Below are positions 7,902 to 18,635 of a stretch of 64,000 nt of DNA, in pieces. Position 1 is the first letter of the stretch; every line of letters starts with the position of its first letter. The position numbers were made by a program, and so were the translations under genes. Location: positions 17,071 through 81,070 of the forward strand of contig JAPSGB010000022.1 in assembly GCA_035063585.1 (NCBI GenBank), read 5' to 3'. The notes beneath the pieces are model-generated. The model did not search any database and was not told the DNA's origin. It saw only the letters and a program-made list of their open reading frames with translations. This stretch comes from Polyangiaceae bacterium (GTDB taxonomy: Bacteria > Myxococcota_A > Polyangia > Polyangiales > Polyangiaceae).

Positions 7902-8978
7902 TCAGAAATCGCAGCGGAAGAGCTGCTGGCCCATGAGCAGGATGTCGTGCGGCTTGAGCGGGTGCTCGCTCGACACGCGCGCGAAGGTGCCGTTCGAGCT
8001 CCCGACGTCCGTGAGGTAGATCGCGCCGTCTTGACCGCGCGCGACGCGGCAGTGGAGGCCGGAGACGTAGCCGTCCTCGGAGAAGAGGATGTCGCCGCGC
8101 TCGCGGCCGCAGTGGACGCCGCGCTCCGGGATCGGGAACGCATTGCCGGTCGTGTCTCGGCCGATGACCAGCGCGAGTCGCCCGATGAAGCCCCTCGACG
8201 GGCTGCCGAAGCGGAGCACGCCGTCCGGCCCCGCGGGCTGCGATTTCAGCGCCTCCAGGCGAATGATCTCCTGGCCGATCCGGAACAGATCTCCGAACTC
8301 GAGCTTCCACGGCTCGTTCGGGTTGAGCTTGATGTAGACGCCGTTGAGCGAGCCCTCGTCCTTCACGAACACCTGGTTACCGCGGCGCGTGAAGGTGGCG
8401 TGGCGCGGCGACAAGTAGCTGTCGCCCGCGAAGATGGAGCCCGTGTCTCGTCCGACCGTGACCGATGGGGCGTCCGGGAGCAGTTGCGAGCCGGCCTCGC
8501 TGCCGTCCGCGCGGAGCGCGGTCAGGGTCAGGCTCGGCCCGTTCGTGCTGGCGACCGCAGCCGCGGCGGGTGCCGGCGCGGCGGGAGGAGCCGCCGAGCG
8601 GAGCGCCGCCAGGTTGTAGCCGCACGCCGCGCAGAAGCGATTGTCCGGGGTGTTCTTGTGTCCGCACTGCGGGCAGTCCACCTCGCCGCTCGCCGGAGCC
8701 GCGGCAGGAGGCGGCGCATTCGACGCCGGCCGCGGGGGGACGACGACCGGCTGCGACGAGAACACCGGCGCGGGCGCGGGGATCGGCGCGGGCGCCGGCG
8801 CGGGGATCGGCGCGGCTGGAACCGGAGCGGCCGCCGCTGCGGGCACCCCCTGGGGCGGCGTCTGTACGGAGAACGGCTTGGGCGCCGTGTCACGTGGCAG
8901 CGGAGATCCGCACTTGAGACAGAACTTGTAGTGGTCCTGGTTCTCCGAGCCGCACTTCGGATTCGTACAAGTGATCAC
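7902..8978 (-). CDS. Double zinc-ribbon, double FHA domain protein
   Basis: Zinc ribbons CTNPKC..FCLKC and CPQC..FCAAC with Pro/Ala linkers. Two FHA motifs: GR..S.RHA..GSLNG and GR..SGLH..GSSNGT. Confidence 0.9.
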   Translation of the reverse strand: MITCTNPKCGSENQDHYKFCLKCGSPLPRDTAPKPFSVQTPPQGVPAAAAAPVPAAPIPAPAPAPIPAPAPVFSSQPVVVPPRPASNAPPPAAAPASGEVDCPQCGHKNTPDNRFCAACGYNLAALRSAAPPAAPAPAAAAVASTNGPSLTLTALRADGSEAGSQLLPDAPSVTVGRDTGSIFAGDSYLSPRHATFTRRGNQVFVKDEGSLNGVYIKLNPNEPWKLEFGDLFRIGQEIIRLEALKSQPAGPDGVLRFGSPSRGFIGRLALVIGRDTTGNAFPIPERGVHCGRERGDILFSEDGYVSGLHCRVARGQDGAIYLTDVGSSNGTFARVSSEHPLKPHDILLMGQQLFRCDF

Positions 8979-9118
8979 GCGAGGCCTCCTGCGCCGACCG
9001 GACCGCGCGGGGCACCTGAACCGCCCCGCCGGATTCCAACCTCGGCAAGTGCGCGATTATCCACGCTCTCCTCCGAGGGTCAAGGCTCGCGGGCGCAGCG
9101 CGCCGCCGGCCCCGGCTC

Positions 9119-9715
9119 CTAGCCAGACAGCACGGCCAGCGCCTCGCGCAGCAGCTCCGGCAGCGAGGCCGTCGGGAGCTCTTTTTCCAGGGATTTCACC
9201 GCCCGCTCGGCCTCGGCCGGGCGATAGCCCATGTTCACGAGCGCGGTGACGAGCCGACCCGCGATGTCGGAGAGGGGGGGGGCGGCGCCGCCGGGTCGGT
9301 CGCTCGGTAGCTCGGGCAGCTTCTCCTTGAGCTCGAGGACGAGCCGCTCGGCGATCTTCTTGCCGATGCCCGGGACCCGCGTGAGGCGACCGACGTCGGC
9401 CGCGCGCACCGCCTGCACGAGCTCCAGGGTCGGCAGCGCCGAGAGCACGTTGATGGCCGTGCGCGGGCCGACGTTGGGCACCGTGATGAGCAGCCGAAAC
9501 ACGCCGCGCTCCGCCTCCGACGCGAAGCCGAAGAGCTCGAGCGCGTCTTCGCGCACGTGGGTGTGGACGGAGAAGGTGAGCCGCTCGCCGTCGCGTGGCG
9601 CCCGCGCGGTCGCGCCGAGCGGCACGGTCAGCTCGTAGCCCACGCCGCCGACGTCGAGCACGACGCGTCCGTCGAGCTGCTCGGCCGCGAGCGTCCCGGT
9701 GAGCCGCCCGATCAT
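9119..9715 (-). CDS. ruvA: Holliday junction branch migration protein RuvA
   Basis: MIGRLTG...DVGGVGYE, HVREDALELFGF, VPGIGKKIAERLVLELKEK and ALVNMGY motifs. Confidence 0.96.
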   Translation of the reverse strand: MIGRLTGTLAAEQLDGRVVLDVGGVGYELTVPLGATARAPRDGERLTFSVHTHVREDALELFGFASEAERGVFRLLITVPNVGPRTAINVLSALPTLELVQAVRAADVGRLTRVPGIGKKIAERLVLELKEKLPELPSDRPGGAAPPLSDIAGRLVTALVNMGYRPAEAERAVKSLEKELPTASLPELLREALAVLSG

Positions 9716-9824
9716 CGCGTCGCCTCGCGCCGTTCCACGCAGAGCGACCCTAGCAGATCGGGGCGGCTCGGGCCCCGTGCTCAATCCCTCCTGAGCATGC
9801 GCCGCAGCGTGCTAGAAGCTCCCC

Positions 9825-10094
9825 ATGGCGCTCTCGCGCGGTCTCTGGCTCTCTGCGCTGGCGGTGACGCTGGTGGCGTGCGGCGGCTCTTCGAGCGAGA
9901 CGCCGCCGCCGCTCGAGCCCGATCTCGCACGCCTCGCGCCGCCGAGCTCGCCAGGCGGTCGCGAGCCCGCCGACCCGTCCGCCGCGGAGCCCGCCGACGA
10001 CGAGCTCGTGGAGGCCGCGCCCTCGACCTGGGGCAGCGGCTCGGATGGCGGCGCGCCGTCCGCTAGAACGCGCCGCTCAACGACACCCCCGTGA
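9825..10094 (+). CDS. Small low-complexity lipoprotein
   Basis: Signal peptide with lipobox TLVAC. Overlaps the convergent gene by about 30 bp. Confidence 0.55.
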   Translation: MALSRGLWLSALAVTLVACGGSSSETPPPLEPDLARLAPPSSPGGREPADPSAAEPADDELVEAAPSTWGSGSDGGAPSARTRRSTTPP

Positions 10095-10914
10095 ACCCGG
10101 AGCCGACCACCGGGCTCACCGCGGGCCGCAGGCTCGGCCGCTCGCGGACGCGCGCGCTCTTGGCGCTCGGCGCCGGCTTCGAGAGGAAGTACCAGGCGAG
10201 CCCGCCCGCACCGACGACCAGCCCGGTGACGCTGATGCCGGCCGTCACGTTGCGCAGGGTCAACGCCGCGTTGGCGTCGCTCTCGATGCCCGGGTTCGGG
10301 CATCGCTGGTTCGGGCACTGGTCCCGATAGTCCGCGACGCGCCCGCGCTCGATCAGGTAGCCGATCCCGCCGCCGAGGAACAGCGCGCCACCCGCGCCCG
10401 CGACGATGAGCGGCAAGATCGGGCGCCGCCCCGTCTCCTCCGGAGGGGGCGGGGGAGGCGGCTCGCTCGTCGGCGTGATGCTCGCCGTCGGAGGCGGCAC
10501 GGCCGCCGCCTGCGCCGCGATCTGCTCGTTCAGGGTCTCTACGCGTCGCTCGATCTGGTCTCGCTGCGGCGTGCCGGGCTCGCGCGCGAGGTATGTGTTC
10601 AGCGCGACGACGGCCTGCGCCTTCTGGCCGTCGAGCTCGAAGGCGCGCGCGAGGTTGAGGAGCAGCGCGTTCGCGGTGCAGTCGCGACGCAGCGCTTCCT
10701 CCCAGTTGTCGATCGCCTTCTTGTAGTTGCCTTCGTTGAAAGAGGTCTGCCCGAGCTGGAACGCGGCCTTGGCCGTGTTTACCTCGACCTCGCTCGGCTT
10801 CGTGTTCGTGCACGCCGGGTACTGGTGGGTCGCCGGCTCCGCGGCCATGACGACCACCGGGACCGCCGCGAGGGCCAAGCCGGCCAAGCAGGAAACGAGC
10901 CGCTTTCGCATCAT
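10063..10914 (-). CDS. Secreted TPR-repeat protein with C-terminal hydrophobic segments
   Basis: MMRKRLVSCLAGLALAA signal, TPR-like AKAAFQLGQ..FNEGNY..AI..W, LLLNLARA, Pro linker, C-terminal GVSLSGAF. Confidence 0.82.
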   Translation of the reverse strand: MMRKRLVSCLAGLALAAVPVVVMAAEPATHQYPACTNTKPSEVEVNTAKAAFQLGQTSFNEGNYKKAIDNWEEALRRDCTANALLLNLARAFELDGQKAQAVVALNTYLAREPGTPQRDQIERRVETLNEQIAAQAAAVPPPTASITPTSEPPPPPPPEETGRRPILPLIVAGAGGALFLGGGIGYLIERGRVADYRDQCPNQRCPNPGIESDANAALTLRNVTAGISVTGLVVGAGGLAWYFLSKPAPSAKSARVRERPSLRPAVSPVVGSGFTGVSLSGAF

Positions 10915-11073
10915 GCGCTCCTTCGGGATACGTCGGAGCCGGTAGCATAGTCGCTCGCCCGCTCCCATCTCAAACTCTCGACGGAGCCGGGGCTCCGAGG
11001 GCTGGTCGGCGCGGCGCGGAATCTCGCGTGGCGGCCCGCCGGTCCGCGCGCTCGCCCGGCTCCGTCCGTCAAT

Positions 11074-11109
11074 CCGCGGGGTTCCGCGCCGGACCGGCAC
11101 CCTCCAGAA
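11074..11109 (+). repeat. REP-like hairpin repeat copy (type A) with a partial inverted copy at 11012-11028
   Basis: CCGCGGGGTTCCGCGCCGGACCGGCACCCTCCAGAA. The reverse complement of 11012-11028 reads CGCGAGATTCCGCGCCG. Confidence 0.75.
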
Positions 11110-11160
11110 ACGGACGGCTTGTGCCGAGGCCGCTTCCTGGGTCATGTTTCGCGCGTGAGA

Positions 11161-12846
11161 GTGAGATTTCGCGCCCCCCGAGGGTACGTCGCGTGGCTGG
11201 TCGCCTCGCTGGCTCTGTCGCTCGCCGTGCCGACCGCCGTGGCGCAGTCGGGAGCGAGCAGCAAAGCAGCGGCCTCGAACAAGCTCGAGGCGATCCGCGT
11301 GCTCATGGAGAAGGGCCAAGGGCTCTACCTGGCAGGCAATTATGCGGGTGCCGCCGATGTGTTCGAGGCAGGCTACAAGGCCTACCCGTACTCGGCGTTC
11401 CTCTTCAACGCCGGCGTCTGCTACCAGAAGCTCGGCAAGAACGACCAGGCGCTCGCGCGCTTTCAGGAGTACCTGCGGGTCGATCCTACCGCTCCGGACG
11501 CGGACAAGGTGAAGCTGCGGATCGCTGCGCTCCAGGCGGCGCTCGGGGTCTCGCAGCCCCCGCCGGTGGTCGGTGACGCCGGTGACGCCGGTGCCGACGC
11601 CGAGCCGGGAGACGCCGGCGTCACGCCGCAACCGCCGCAGCCGCCGCCGGTCATCGTGCCGGACGATCAGGACGCGATGAAGTCGCTCGTGATCGTCGAG
11701 ACCGAGCCGCCCGGCGCGCCGCTCGAGGTGTACGCGCGGACCGATCCGAAGGCCGCGCCCTTCAAGCTCGCCGGCGAGAACCCCGGGTGGACGGCGGTGG
11801 CGCGCACGACCGCGCCGGCGAACCTCACCCTCGCCGTCGGTCGCTACCACATCGTCGTGCAGAAGTTCCGCGACTTCAACGCGAGCGAGACGGACATCGA
11901 CGTCTCTCCCGGCCACGTGCACGTGTTCAAGGCGAACCTGTCCCAGGGCGCGTTCATGGCGTTCTTGCGCGTCTCGGCCAACGTGCGCGGCGCGCATATC
12001 TACCTGGACGACAAGGCGAAGCAGCGCTCCGAGTGGGGCGTCACCCCGTTCGGCGAGCTGGTCGCGGGCGGCAAGCACACCATCCTCGTGGAGGCGCCCG
12101 GGTTCGAGCCGTTCTACCGCGAGGTCACCATGGCGCACGGCGAGCAGAAAGAGCTGAACGTCGAGATGGTGCGCGTGAAATACGGTTTCTTGGCGGTCGA
12201 CTCGAACGCGCCCGAGATCGCGGTCGAGCTCGACGGGGCTGCCGTGGGTGCCTGGCGGAGCGGCGAGCCGCCGCTCAAGGCGCGCGGCTCCTCCGCCGGC
12301 AAGCACCAGCTCAAGGTCACCGCCGACGGGCGCAAGACCTACACCGCCGAGGTCTCGATCCCGGCCGGGCAGATCCTGCCGGTGCACGTCACCATGATCC
12401 CGAAGTACCCGCGCGGGACGGCGTGGACGCAGGCGGTGATCGGCGCCGCCTTCGTCGGCGCCGGCATCTACTTCGGAACCGAGTCGAACCGCATCTACGA
12501 CCAGCTCGAGGCGGATCGCGCCGCGGGCGTGCTCGAACCGGACGACAGCCGTGTGACCAAGGGGCGCTGGTACTCGATCGGCGCGGACGCTGGGTTCGCC
12601 ATCGGCGGCGTGCTCGGCATCATCGCCACCTACAACTTCATCCGCGATCCGCTCCCGGACTCGAGCATGAAGACGGACAAGCCGAAGGAGTTCCCCGATC
12701 CGCTCGCCAAGCGCCCGACCGCGCTCGAGTGGCGCGGAGAGCCCGGCCGGCGCATGGTCGAGCGCGTGCCCGAGCGGCGCGGGCCCGCCTTCGGCCCGCG
12801 CCTCGGCGCGGCTGGCGGCGTCTTCGGCTTCGGAGGGAGCTTCTGA
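11161..12846 (+). CDS. TPR + multiple PEGA domain exported protein
   Basis: Signal peptide, TPR (FLFNAGVCYQKLG), PEGA repeats (ETEPPGA; GVTP...GKHTILVEAPGFEP), C-terminal GGSF. Start uncertain (11119-11161). Confidence 0.85.
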   Translation: MRFRAPRGYVAWLVASLALSLAVPTAVAQSGASSKAAASNKLEAIRVLMEKGQGLYLAGNYAGAADVFEAGYKAYPYSAFLFNAGVCYQKLGKNDQALARFQEYLRVDPTAPDADKVKLRIAALQAALGVSQPPPVVGDAGDAGADAEPGDAGVTPQPPQPPPVIVPDDQDAMKSLVIVETEPPGAPLEVYARTDPKAAPFKLAGENPGWTAVARTTAPANLTLAVGRYHIVVQKFRDFNASETDIDVSPGHVHVFKANLSQGAFMAFLRVSANVRGAHIYLDDKAKQRSEWGVTPFGELVAGGKHTILVEAPGFEPFYREVTMAHGEQKELNVEMVRVKYGFLAVDSNAPEIAVELDGAAVGAWRSGEPPLKARGSSAGKHQLKVTADGRKTYTAEVSIPAGQILPVHVTMIPKYPRGTAWTQAVIGAAFVGAGIYFGTESNRIYDQLEADRAAGVLEPDDSRVTKGRWYSIGADAGFAIGGVLGIIATYNFIRDPLPDSSMKTDKPKEFPDPLAKRPTALEWRGEPGRRMVERVPERRGPAFGPRLGAAGGVFGFGGSF

Positions 12847-14198
12847 TGGCCCGCCGTGTCACCACGGTCGTCGCGTCGCTCGGCGCGCTCGCGCTCGTCA
12901 CCGGCTGCAGCTGGAGCCGCTTCGACGACGTGTCGGAGGAGTCTCCGGTCGTGCTCTTGAAGCGCCCGGGCTCGCTCTCGTCCGGCTTCGGCTTCGGAGT
13001 GGCCGCGCTCACCGGCCCCGACGGCACCACCGAGCTCATCTCGGGCGGCCCGCCCGGGCGCCACGGAGCGGCCGTGTTCCGGCTCGGCTCCGGTGACCAG
13101 CCGCGCGTCGACGCGAGCGACACCGGCCAGTGCAAGAACGCGGAGGATCCTTGCTATCTGGCCGCGTCCTTCGCGGGGATCATCCTGTCGACCGCGCCGA
13201 GCGCGCCGGCGCAGCGCTGCTTCGTGTCGGGGATCGGCAGCTCACAGGGCAGCGGCAACGGGCTCGTCACCCGCTGCGACGACACCACCGAGTTCGTGCT
13301 CGCGGTCCCGCCCGCCGTGAAATCGCAGCTCATCGAGCCGGCCGTCGCAAATGGCGAGGCCGAGCCCTTCGTGCTCCGCTCGGACAAGGGCGCGTCTCCT
13401 GCGCTGGTCGCTGGCGCGGAGAATCAGCGCCTCGCGTGGTTCTACGCGCCGGGCTCGACCGAGCCCGTAGAGCTCGTCCCGCCCGGCGGCGGCGCCGAGA
13501 CGAGCTACGGCGCGGCGGTCGTCAGCCTGCGTTCGGGCGCCGGGCGCATCTTCGCGGTGTCCGCGCCCGCCGCCGGGCACGTCTGGCTCTTCCGCAGCGC
13601 CGACGGCGCGACCGTGGAGTCTATCGGGTGTCTCGGCGGCGCCGCCGGCTTCGGCCGCGCGCTCGGCTCCGGGTTCGTCGACGCCGACGACAAGGACGAG
13701 CTCGTGATCGCCGATGAACGGAACGTCACGGTGCTCGACGGCAAGGCGCTCGCGAGCCTCGCGCCGACGAGCTCGCCCTCGTGCGGCATGGCGAGTCTGC
13801 CCGCGGGCGCGTTGGTCGCATCCTTCGGGTGCGGCGCGACGCCGGCCGTGAGCGGCTGCGACGGCTCTGGCTTCGGAGCCTCGGTCGACGTCGGCGATCT
13901 CGACGGCGACGGCGATGGTGAGATCATCGTCGGCGCGCCGCGGATGTCGGCGCGTGACGTGAGCGCGTCCGGCGCGGTGCTGATCTACGATGTCGAGGGA
14001 GACGATCGGAGCCGGCTGTCCGACGTAAAGTTCATCTCGTCGGCGGAGACGGGGGACGCGCTCGGCAGCTTCGTGGCCGCGGCGCGGGTCGGCACGCGCG
14101 ACATCATCGCGGCCGGCGCGCCCGGCACCGGCAAGACCGCGCTCTTCTACTGCACCTCGCTCCTGCCGCCGGAGCAGCAGGGGGCGCGCTGCCAGTAG
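12846..14198 (+). CDS. FG-GAP/integrin-alpha repeat lipoprotein
   Basis: TGATG coupling, lipobox VTGC, FG-GAP motif [23 protein letters not shown]. Confidence 0.85.
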   Translation: MARRVTTVVASLGALALVTGCSWSRFDDVSEESPVVLLKRPGSLSSGFGFGVAALTGPDGTTELISGGPPGRHGAAVFRLGSGDQPRVDASDTGQCKNAEDPCYLAASFAGIILSTAPSAPAQRCFVSGIGSSQGSGNGLVTRCDDTTEFVLAVPPAVKSQLIEPAVANGEAEPFVLRSDKGASPALVAGAENQRLAWFYAPGSTEPVELVPPGGGAETSYGAAVVSLRSGAGRIFAVSAPAAGHVWLFRSADGATVESIGCLGGAAGFGRALGSGFVDADDKDELVIADERNVTVLDGKALASLAPTSSPSCGMASLPAGALVASFGCGATPAVSGCDGSGFGASVDVGDLDGDGDGEIIVGAPRMSARDVSASGAVLIYDVEGDDRSRLSDVKFISSAETGDALGSFVAAARVGTRDIIAAGAPGTGKTALFYCTSLLPPEQQGARCQ

Positions 14199-14223
14199 CG
14201 CGGCGCGCCCGCGGGAAGTCACC

Positions 14224-15657
14224 ATGATGCTCCCCGAGCGCAAGCAGATCCTGGTCGCCGACGACGAGCCGAACCTCCGGCGCGTGCTCAGCGCGCAGCT
14301 CGTGCGCGACGGCTATGACGTCCACACCGCGGAGGACGGGGAGCAGGCGCTCGAGCTCTTGCGCGAGCACCACGTCGATCTCCTGATTACCGATCTGCGC
14401 ATGCCGAAGCTCGACGGCATGGAGCTCTTGCGTCGCGCCGTCGAGCTCGACGAAGGGCTCCCGGTGGTGATGATCACGGCGCACGGCACCGTGGACAACG
14501 CCGTCGAAGCGCTCAAGACGGGCGCCTTCGACTACATCACCAAGCCGTTCGACCAGGCCGAGGTCCGCACCATCGTCAAGAAGGCGCTCACGACGCGCGC
14601 TCTCGCCGAAGCCGAAGCGACCCGCCCGGCGCCGACCCCGACCGGCGTCAGCGCGCGCTACGGAATCATCGGGCTGAGCCCGGGGATCCGCGCGATCTAC
14701 GCGGTGCTCGATCGCGTGGCCGATACCCCGACCACGGTGCTCATCACCGGCGAGAGCGGTACCGGCAAGGAGCTGGTCGCGAGGGCGCTCCACGAGAACT
14801 CCTCGCGTCGCGACAAGCCCTTCATCAAGGTAAATTGCGCGGCGATCCCCAAGGATCTCATGGAGAGCGAGCTCTTCGGCTACGAGCGCGGCGCCTTCAC
14901 CGGCGCGATCGGCTCGAAGCCCGGGCGCTTCGAGCTCGCGTCCGGCGGGACGCTCTTCCTCGACGAGATCGGCTCGATACCGATCGAGATGCAGGTCAAG
15001 CTGCTCCGCGCCCTGCAGGAGAGCGAGTTCGAGCGGGTCGGCGGGATCAAGACCATCCGGGTCGATGTCCGGCTCATCTCTGCGACCAACAGTGATCTGA
15101 AGAAGGAGATCGCGAGCGGCGCGTTCCGCGAGGACCTCTACTACCGACTGAACGTGGTGCCGATCCGTCTGCCATCGCTCCGCGAGCGAGCGGAGGACAT
15201 CCCGCTCCTCATCGGGCACTTCATCGAGAAGTTCGACGCGCGGCTCGGAAAATCGGTGGCCGGCATCGATGGCGAAGCGGGGGCCGTGCTCGCGTCGTAT
15301 CTCTGGCCCGGGAACATCCGCGAGCTCGAGAACGTCATCGAGCGCGCGGTGCTCTTCTGCGATGGGGAGCGGATCTCCGCTGCCGATCTCCCGCCGGACG
15401 TTCGGCAGCGCGCCGGCGGCTCGACCTCGGCGAGCGCCGCGCAGCCGCCTGCTCCCGAGGCGCTCGGCCCGGACGGCCTCAAGGAGCAGGTGAAGGCGGC
15501 CATGAGCCGGCTCGAGCGCGAGCTCATCGTGAAGGCCCTCGACCAGACCGGCGGCAACGTGACCCACGCCGCGCGACTCCTCAAGATCTCGCGCAAGGGT
15601 CTCCAGCTCAAGATGAAGGAGCTCGGGCTCCGTGAGCGCGACGAGCGCGTCGACTGA
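14224..15657 (+). CDS. Sigma54-dependent response regulator (NtrC/AtoC family)
   Basis: REC domain (ADDE, DLRMP, TA, KPF), [30 protein letters not shown] and a Fis HTH. Confidence 0.96.
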   Translation: MMLPERKQILVADDEPNLRRVLSAQLVRDGYDVHTAEDGEQALELLREHHVDLLITDLRMPKLDGMELLRRAVELDEGLPVVMITAHGTVDNAVEALKTGAFDYITKPFDQAEVRTIVKKALTTRALAEAEATRPAPTPTGVSARYGIIGLSPGIRAIYAVLDRVADTPTTVLITGESGTGKELVARALHENSSRRDKPFIKVNCAAIPKDLMESELFGYERGAFTGAIGSKPGRFELASGGTLFLDEIGSIPIEMQVKLLRALQESEFERVGGIKTIRVDVRLISATNSDLKKEIASGAFREDLYYRLNVVPIRLPSLRERAEDIPLLIGHFIEKFDARLGKSVAGIDGEAGAVLASYLWPGNIRELENVIERAVLFCDGERISAADLPPDVRQRAGGSTSASAAQPPAPEALGPDGLKEQVKAAMSRLERELIVKALDQTGGNVTHAARLLKISRKGLQLKMKELGLRERDERVD

Positions 15658-16867
15658 GCGTTCGCGTCGCGGGTCGTCGCGGCGCGCGAGCGGCCCGGCG
15701 CTCGTGCTCTCGCTCCTCATCGTGCCGGTCGCGTGTCGCTCGCGCGAGCGAGCGAACGGCGCCCCGCCCCCGTCGGCGAGCGCGGTCGGGGCGCCGCTCG
15801 GCCCTCCGGTGGCGCCGCCCGAGCCTCGCAAAGGGATGGTGTACGTCCCGGGCGGCGCGCTGGTCGCTGGGACGCCACCCAACGTGCTCCCGCGGGTCGC
15901 GGACGAGGAGATGCCGGGCGAGCAGGTCATCCTCAAAGGGTTCTACATCGACGTCTACCCGTATCCGAACGAGGAGGGCGCCATCCCGCTCACCGGGGTG
16001 ACTCAGCGCGAGGCCAGCGTCTCGTGCGAAGAGGCGGGCAAGCGGCTCTGCAGCGAGCTCGAGTGGGAGCGCGCGTGCAAGGGGCCGGACAACGACACCT
16101 ATGAGTACGGGAAGCGCTACGCGCCCGAGCGCTGCGGCACGGGCGCGCTCCCCAGCATGCAGCCGACCGGGCTCCGCGTCGGCTGCCAGAGCCGCTTCGG
16201 CGTTCGAGATCTCCACGGGGGCGTGTGGGAGTGGACGTCGAGCCCGTGGGGGCGCGGCTCCTCGCGCGGGCTCGCCACGCTGCGCGGCGGCAACGCCGCC
16301 GACGGCGAGCTGGTCGGGCGCTGCGCCAACGCGCTCGCCCGCCCGCCGGAGACCTCCTCACCGACCATCGGGTTTCGCTGCTGCGCGGGGCCGCCGAACG
16401 ACGCGGAGGTCGTGCTCAGGATCACCCGCGGGCAGAAGCTCGAGCCGCGCGACGGCCTGCCGCGCGCGCTGTCGGCGCGGCTCATGAGCCAGTTTCCGGA
16501 GGCGGCCAAGCGCGACATCGCGAACCCCGCCGATTTCAAGCTCGAGCGCTCGTGGTACTGGCGACCGACCGGCAACGAGCGCCTGCTCGTCGCTGGCGGT
16601 TGCGCCGGGCTCGGCTCGAAGCCCGCCTGCGGCATCCTCGTCGCGCGCGAGGTGCTCGACGAGCTCGCGATCCTCGGCTGGGCCTCGAGCGGTCACTGGG
16701 CGCCGACCGTGCACCCGGACGTGGACGCCCGCGATCTCTGGCTCTTCGGCGGTGACGACCTCGGGCAGTTTCGCCGGCTGGTTCAATACCGCTCGGGTCG
16801 CCTCAGCCTTGGGGACAAAGAGCGGCGAGTGCCGAGGCCGGCGAAGAAGAAGCGTAAGAAGCGCTGA
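15632..16867 (+). CDS. FGE-sulfatase/SUMF1 domain lipoprotein
   Basis: [30 protein letters not shown] and IGFRCC motifs. Lipobox VPVAC. Confidence 0.85.
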   Translation: MSATSASTERSRRGSSRRASGPALVLSLLIVPVACRSRERANGAPPPSASAVGAPLGPPVAPPEPRKGMVYVPGGALVAGTPPNVLPRVADEEMPGEQVILKGFYIDVYPYPNEEGAIPLTGVTQREASVSCEEAGKRLCSELEWERACKGPDNDTYEYGKRYAPERCGTGALPSMQPTGLRVGCQSRFGVRDLHGGVWEWTSSPWGRGSSRGLATLRGGNAADGELVGRCANALARPPETSSPTIGFRCCAGPPNDAEVVLRITRGQKLEPRDGLPRALSARLMSQFPEAAKRDIANPADFKLERSWYWRPTGNERLLVAGGCAGLGSKPACGILVAREVLDELAILGWASSGHWAPTVHPDVDARDLWLFGGDDLGQFRRLVQYRSGRLSLGDKERRVPRPAKKKRKKR

Positions 16868-16871
16868 ACCC

Positions 16872-17303
16872 TCACCGCCCGCGGCAGAGGTCGTTCACGC
16901 GGGTCACGGTCGTGCGCTCGCGCGTCGCCAGAGCGTCGACTCGCCGCCGATACTCGGTGATGTGGGTCTTCCGGGCGGGATCGGCGAGGGTGTCGGCGAG
17001 CTCGCCGAGCGCGGTGCCGGTCTCGGTGAAGATCCCCGCGAGCTCGTGGGTCGACTTGCCGAGGCGCGGCTCCGCGGGCGTGTGGCGCCCGACGCGCTCG
17101 CCGAGCGCGGTGTAGTGTCCCGCGACCTGGCGGAGGAGAGCGGGCTCGCTCCGGCGCGCCGGCGGCGCGAGCTTCGCGATCACCTCGAGCTCCGGGTTCA
17201 CGATGTCGAGGAGCGCGTTGCACTCGCGGGTCCGCGTGAGTGGTTCGCAGCCGAGCAGCGGGAGCGCGAGTGAGGCGAAGACCCAGGCGTGGCGGAGCCG
17301 CAT
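16872..17303 (-). CDS. Hypothetical helical lipoprotein
   Basis: Lipobox LLGC, one Cys near each end of the mature part, amphipathic helices. Confidence 0.65.
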   Translation of the reverse strand: MRLRHAWVFASLALPLLGCEPLTRTRECNALLDIVNPELEVIAKLAPPARRSEPALLRQVAGHYTALGERVGRHTPAEPRLGKSTHELAGIFTETGTALGELADTLADPARKTHITEYRRRVDALATRERTTVTRVNDLCRGR

Positions 17304-17371
17304 CGGGGCGGGAGCATAGCTGCTCGTCGCGGTTCGTGCCCCGTTCGCCTCGGCGATAGTACACTCGCGAC

Positions 17372-18568
17372 GTGGAACGCACGGCTCGAAGCCAGCGTCT
17401 CGGCGCCGCCCTCGCCGCGCTCGGGCTCCTCGTGCTCGCCGCGTGTGAGCGCGCGTCGCCGCCCGACGAGCCGCCGCGCCGGGCGGCTGCGCTGCCGGCC
17501 GGCTCCGCGCCGGCGAGCGCGGCGGAGCTCGCCGCCCTGCTCGGCGACGCGGCTGCCGCGGACGGTGGCGGGCGCCTGGAGGCGGAGCGGACGGTCACCG
17601 CGCTTCGAGAGCGCGGCCTGCGCGTCCCGCCGCGGCGCGTCGCGGCCGAGCGCCTCGCGTTCAGCGGCGCGCGCCTCGCGCAGCTCGCCGCCGACGCCCT
17701 GGTGCTGCGGGACGCGAAGAGCGGCGCGGAGCTCGCGCGGCTCCCGGTGGATGCGCCGCGGAGCGTCGTCGCCAGCATCGACGGCGGCTTCATCGTGGCG
17801 GCCGAGAGCGCCGTGTACCGCCTCGACCCGAAGGCGAAAGCGCTGGCGCGGCTCCCGCGCGTCACGCTCTTCCCCGAGTCCGCGCTGTTCGCCGACCGGC
17901 GGGAGCCGAGCGCCTTCTGGGTGCTGCACACCATCGACCCCACGCTGTACCGTTATGACGTCCCGGACGGCGCCGTCCCGGCGCTGCTCGCGCCCGCTGA
18001 CTTCGTGTCGCTCCCCGGATACGCCGGGGGAGCCTTTGCCGCGCTCGCGGACGGGTCGTTCGCTTACGCGACGTCGCGCGGGCTCGAGCGGGTCTTCCCG
18101 AAGGGCAAGGAGCGTGACTACGGAGCCTCGGAAGGGGGCGCCGTGGTCTGGCGCCTGCTCGCGGCGCGGCGGCAGGATCAGGTCTGGGCGATCCTCGCGG
18201 ACGGGCGCGCCGAGCTCGTGGATCTCTCGGGCCCCCGGCAGCGAGTCGTGCGACGACTCGCGCTCGGCTCGACCCCGTTCGACGTGGCCTCGAGCGACGA
18301 CACGCTCGCGGTGGTCCGCGTGGTGGAGGCGGCGGGCGCGCCCCGGCGCTGGCACCTCGACGTGTACGATGCCTCCGGCGAGAAGCGCCTGGAGGCTCCG
18401 CTCCCGCCCGATCCGCCCATCTCGGCCGGCGATGACTGGGTGCGCCGGGTGACGAGCGATCGCTCGGTCGTCCTCGCGCCGAAGGCGACCGAGGTCGCGG
18501 TCGGAGGCCCGGGCTCCCTGGCGCTCTGGGACGTGAAGACCGGACGCGCTATCCTTCCGTCTCGGTGA
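17372..18568 (+). CDS. Hypothetical lipoprotein, beta-propeller-like
   Basis: Lipobox VLAAC, repeated beta-strand/WD-like segments (LALWDVKTG). Confidence 0.65.
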   Translation: MERTARSQRLGAALAALGLLVLAACERASPPDEPPRRAAALPAGSAPASAAELAALLGDAAAADGGGRLEAERTVTALRERGLRVPPRRVAAERLAFSGARLAQLAADALVLRDAKSGAELARLPVDAPRSVVASIDGGFIVAAESAVYRLDPKAKALARLPRVTLFPESALFADRREPSAFWVLHTIDPTLYRYDVPDGAVPALLAPADFVSLPGYAGGAFAALADGSFAYATSRGLERVFPKGKERDYGASEGGAVVWRLLAARRQDQVWAILADGRAELVDLSGPRQRVVRRLALGSTPFDVASSDDTLAVVRVVEAAGAPRRWHLDVYDASGEKRLEAPLPPDPPISAGDDWVRRVTSDRSVVLAPKATEVAVGGPGSLALWDVKTGRAILPSR

Positions 18569-18635
18569 ACGTCATGAGCCTTGGATCGTCGAAGAGCTTG
18601 CCCGAAGCTGGCGATGCCGGAGAGGATGTCTCGTC

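Noticed and set aside
10915..12387. N-terminal extension of the 774-aa minus-strand ORF
   Set aside because: Antisense shadow of the PEGA gene. The real TPR protein begins at ATG 10914 with a signal peptide.
15632..16867. DGR target gene
   Set aside because: FGE domain present, but no template repeat or reverse transcriptase seen in the window.
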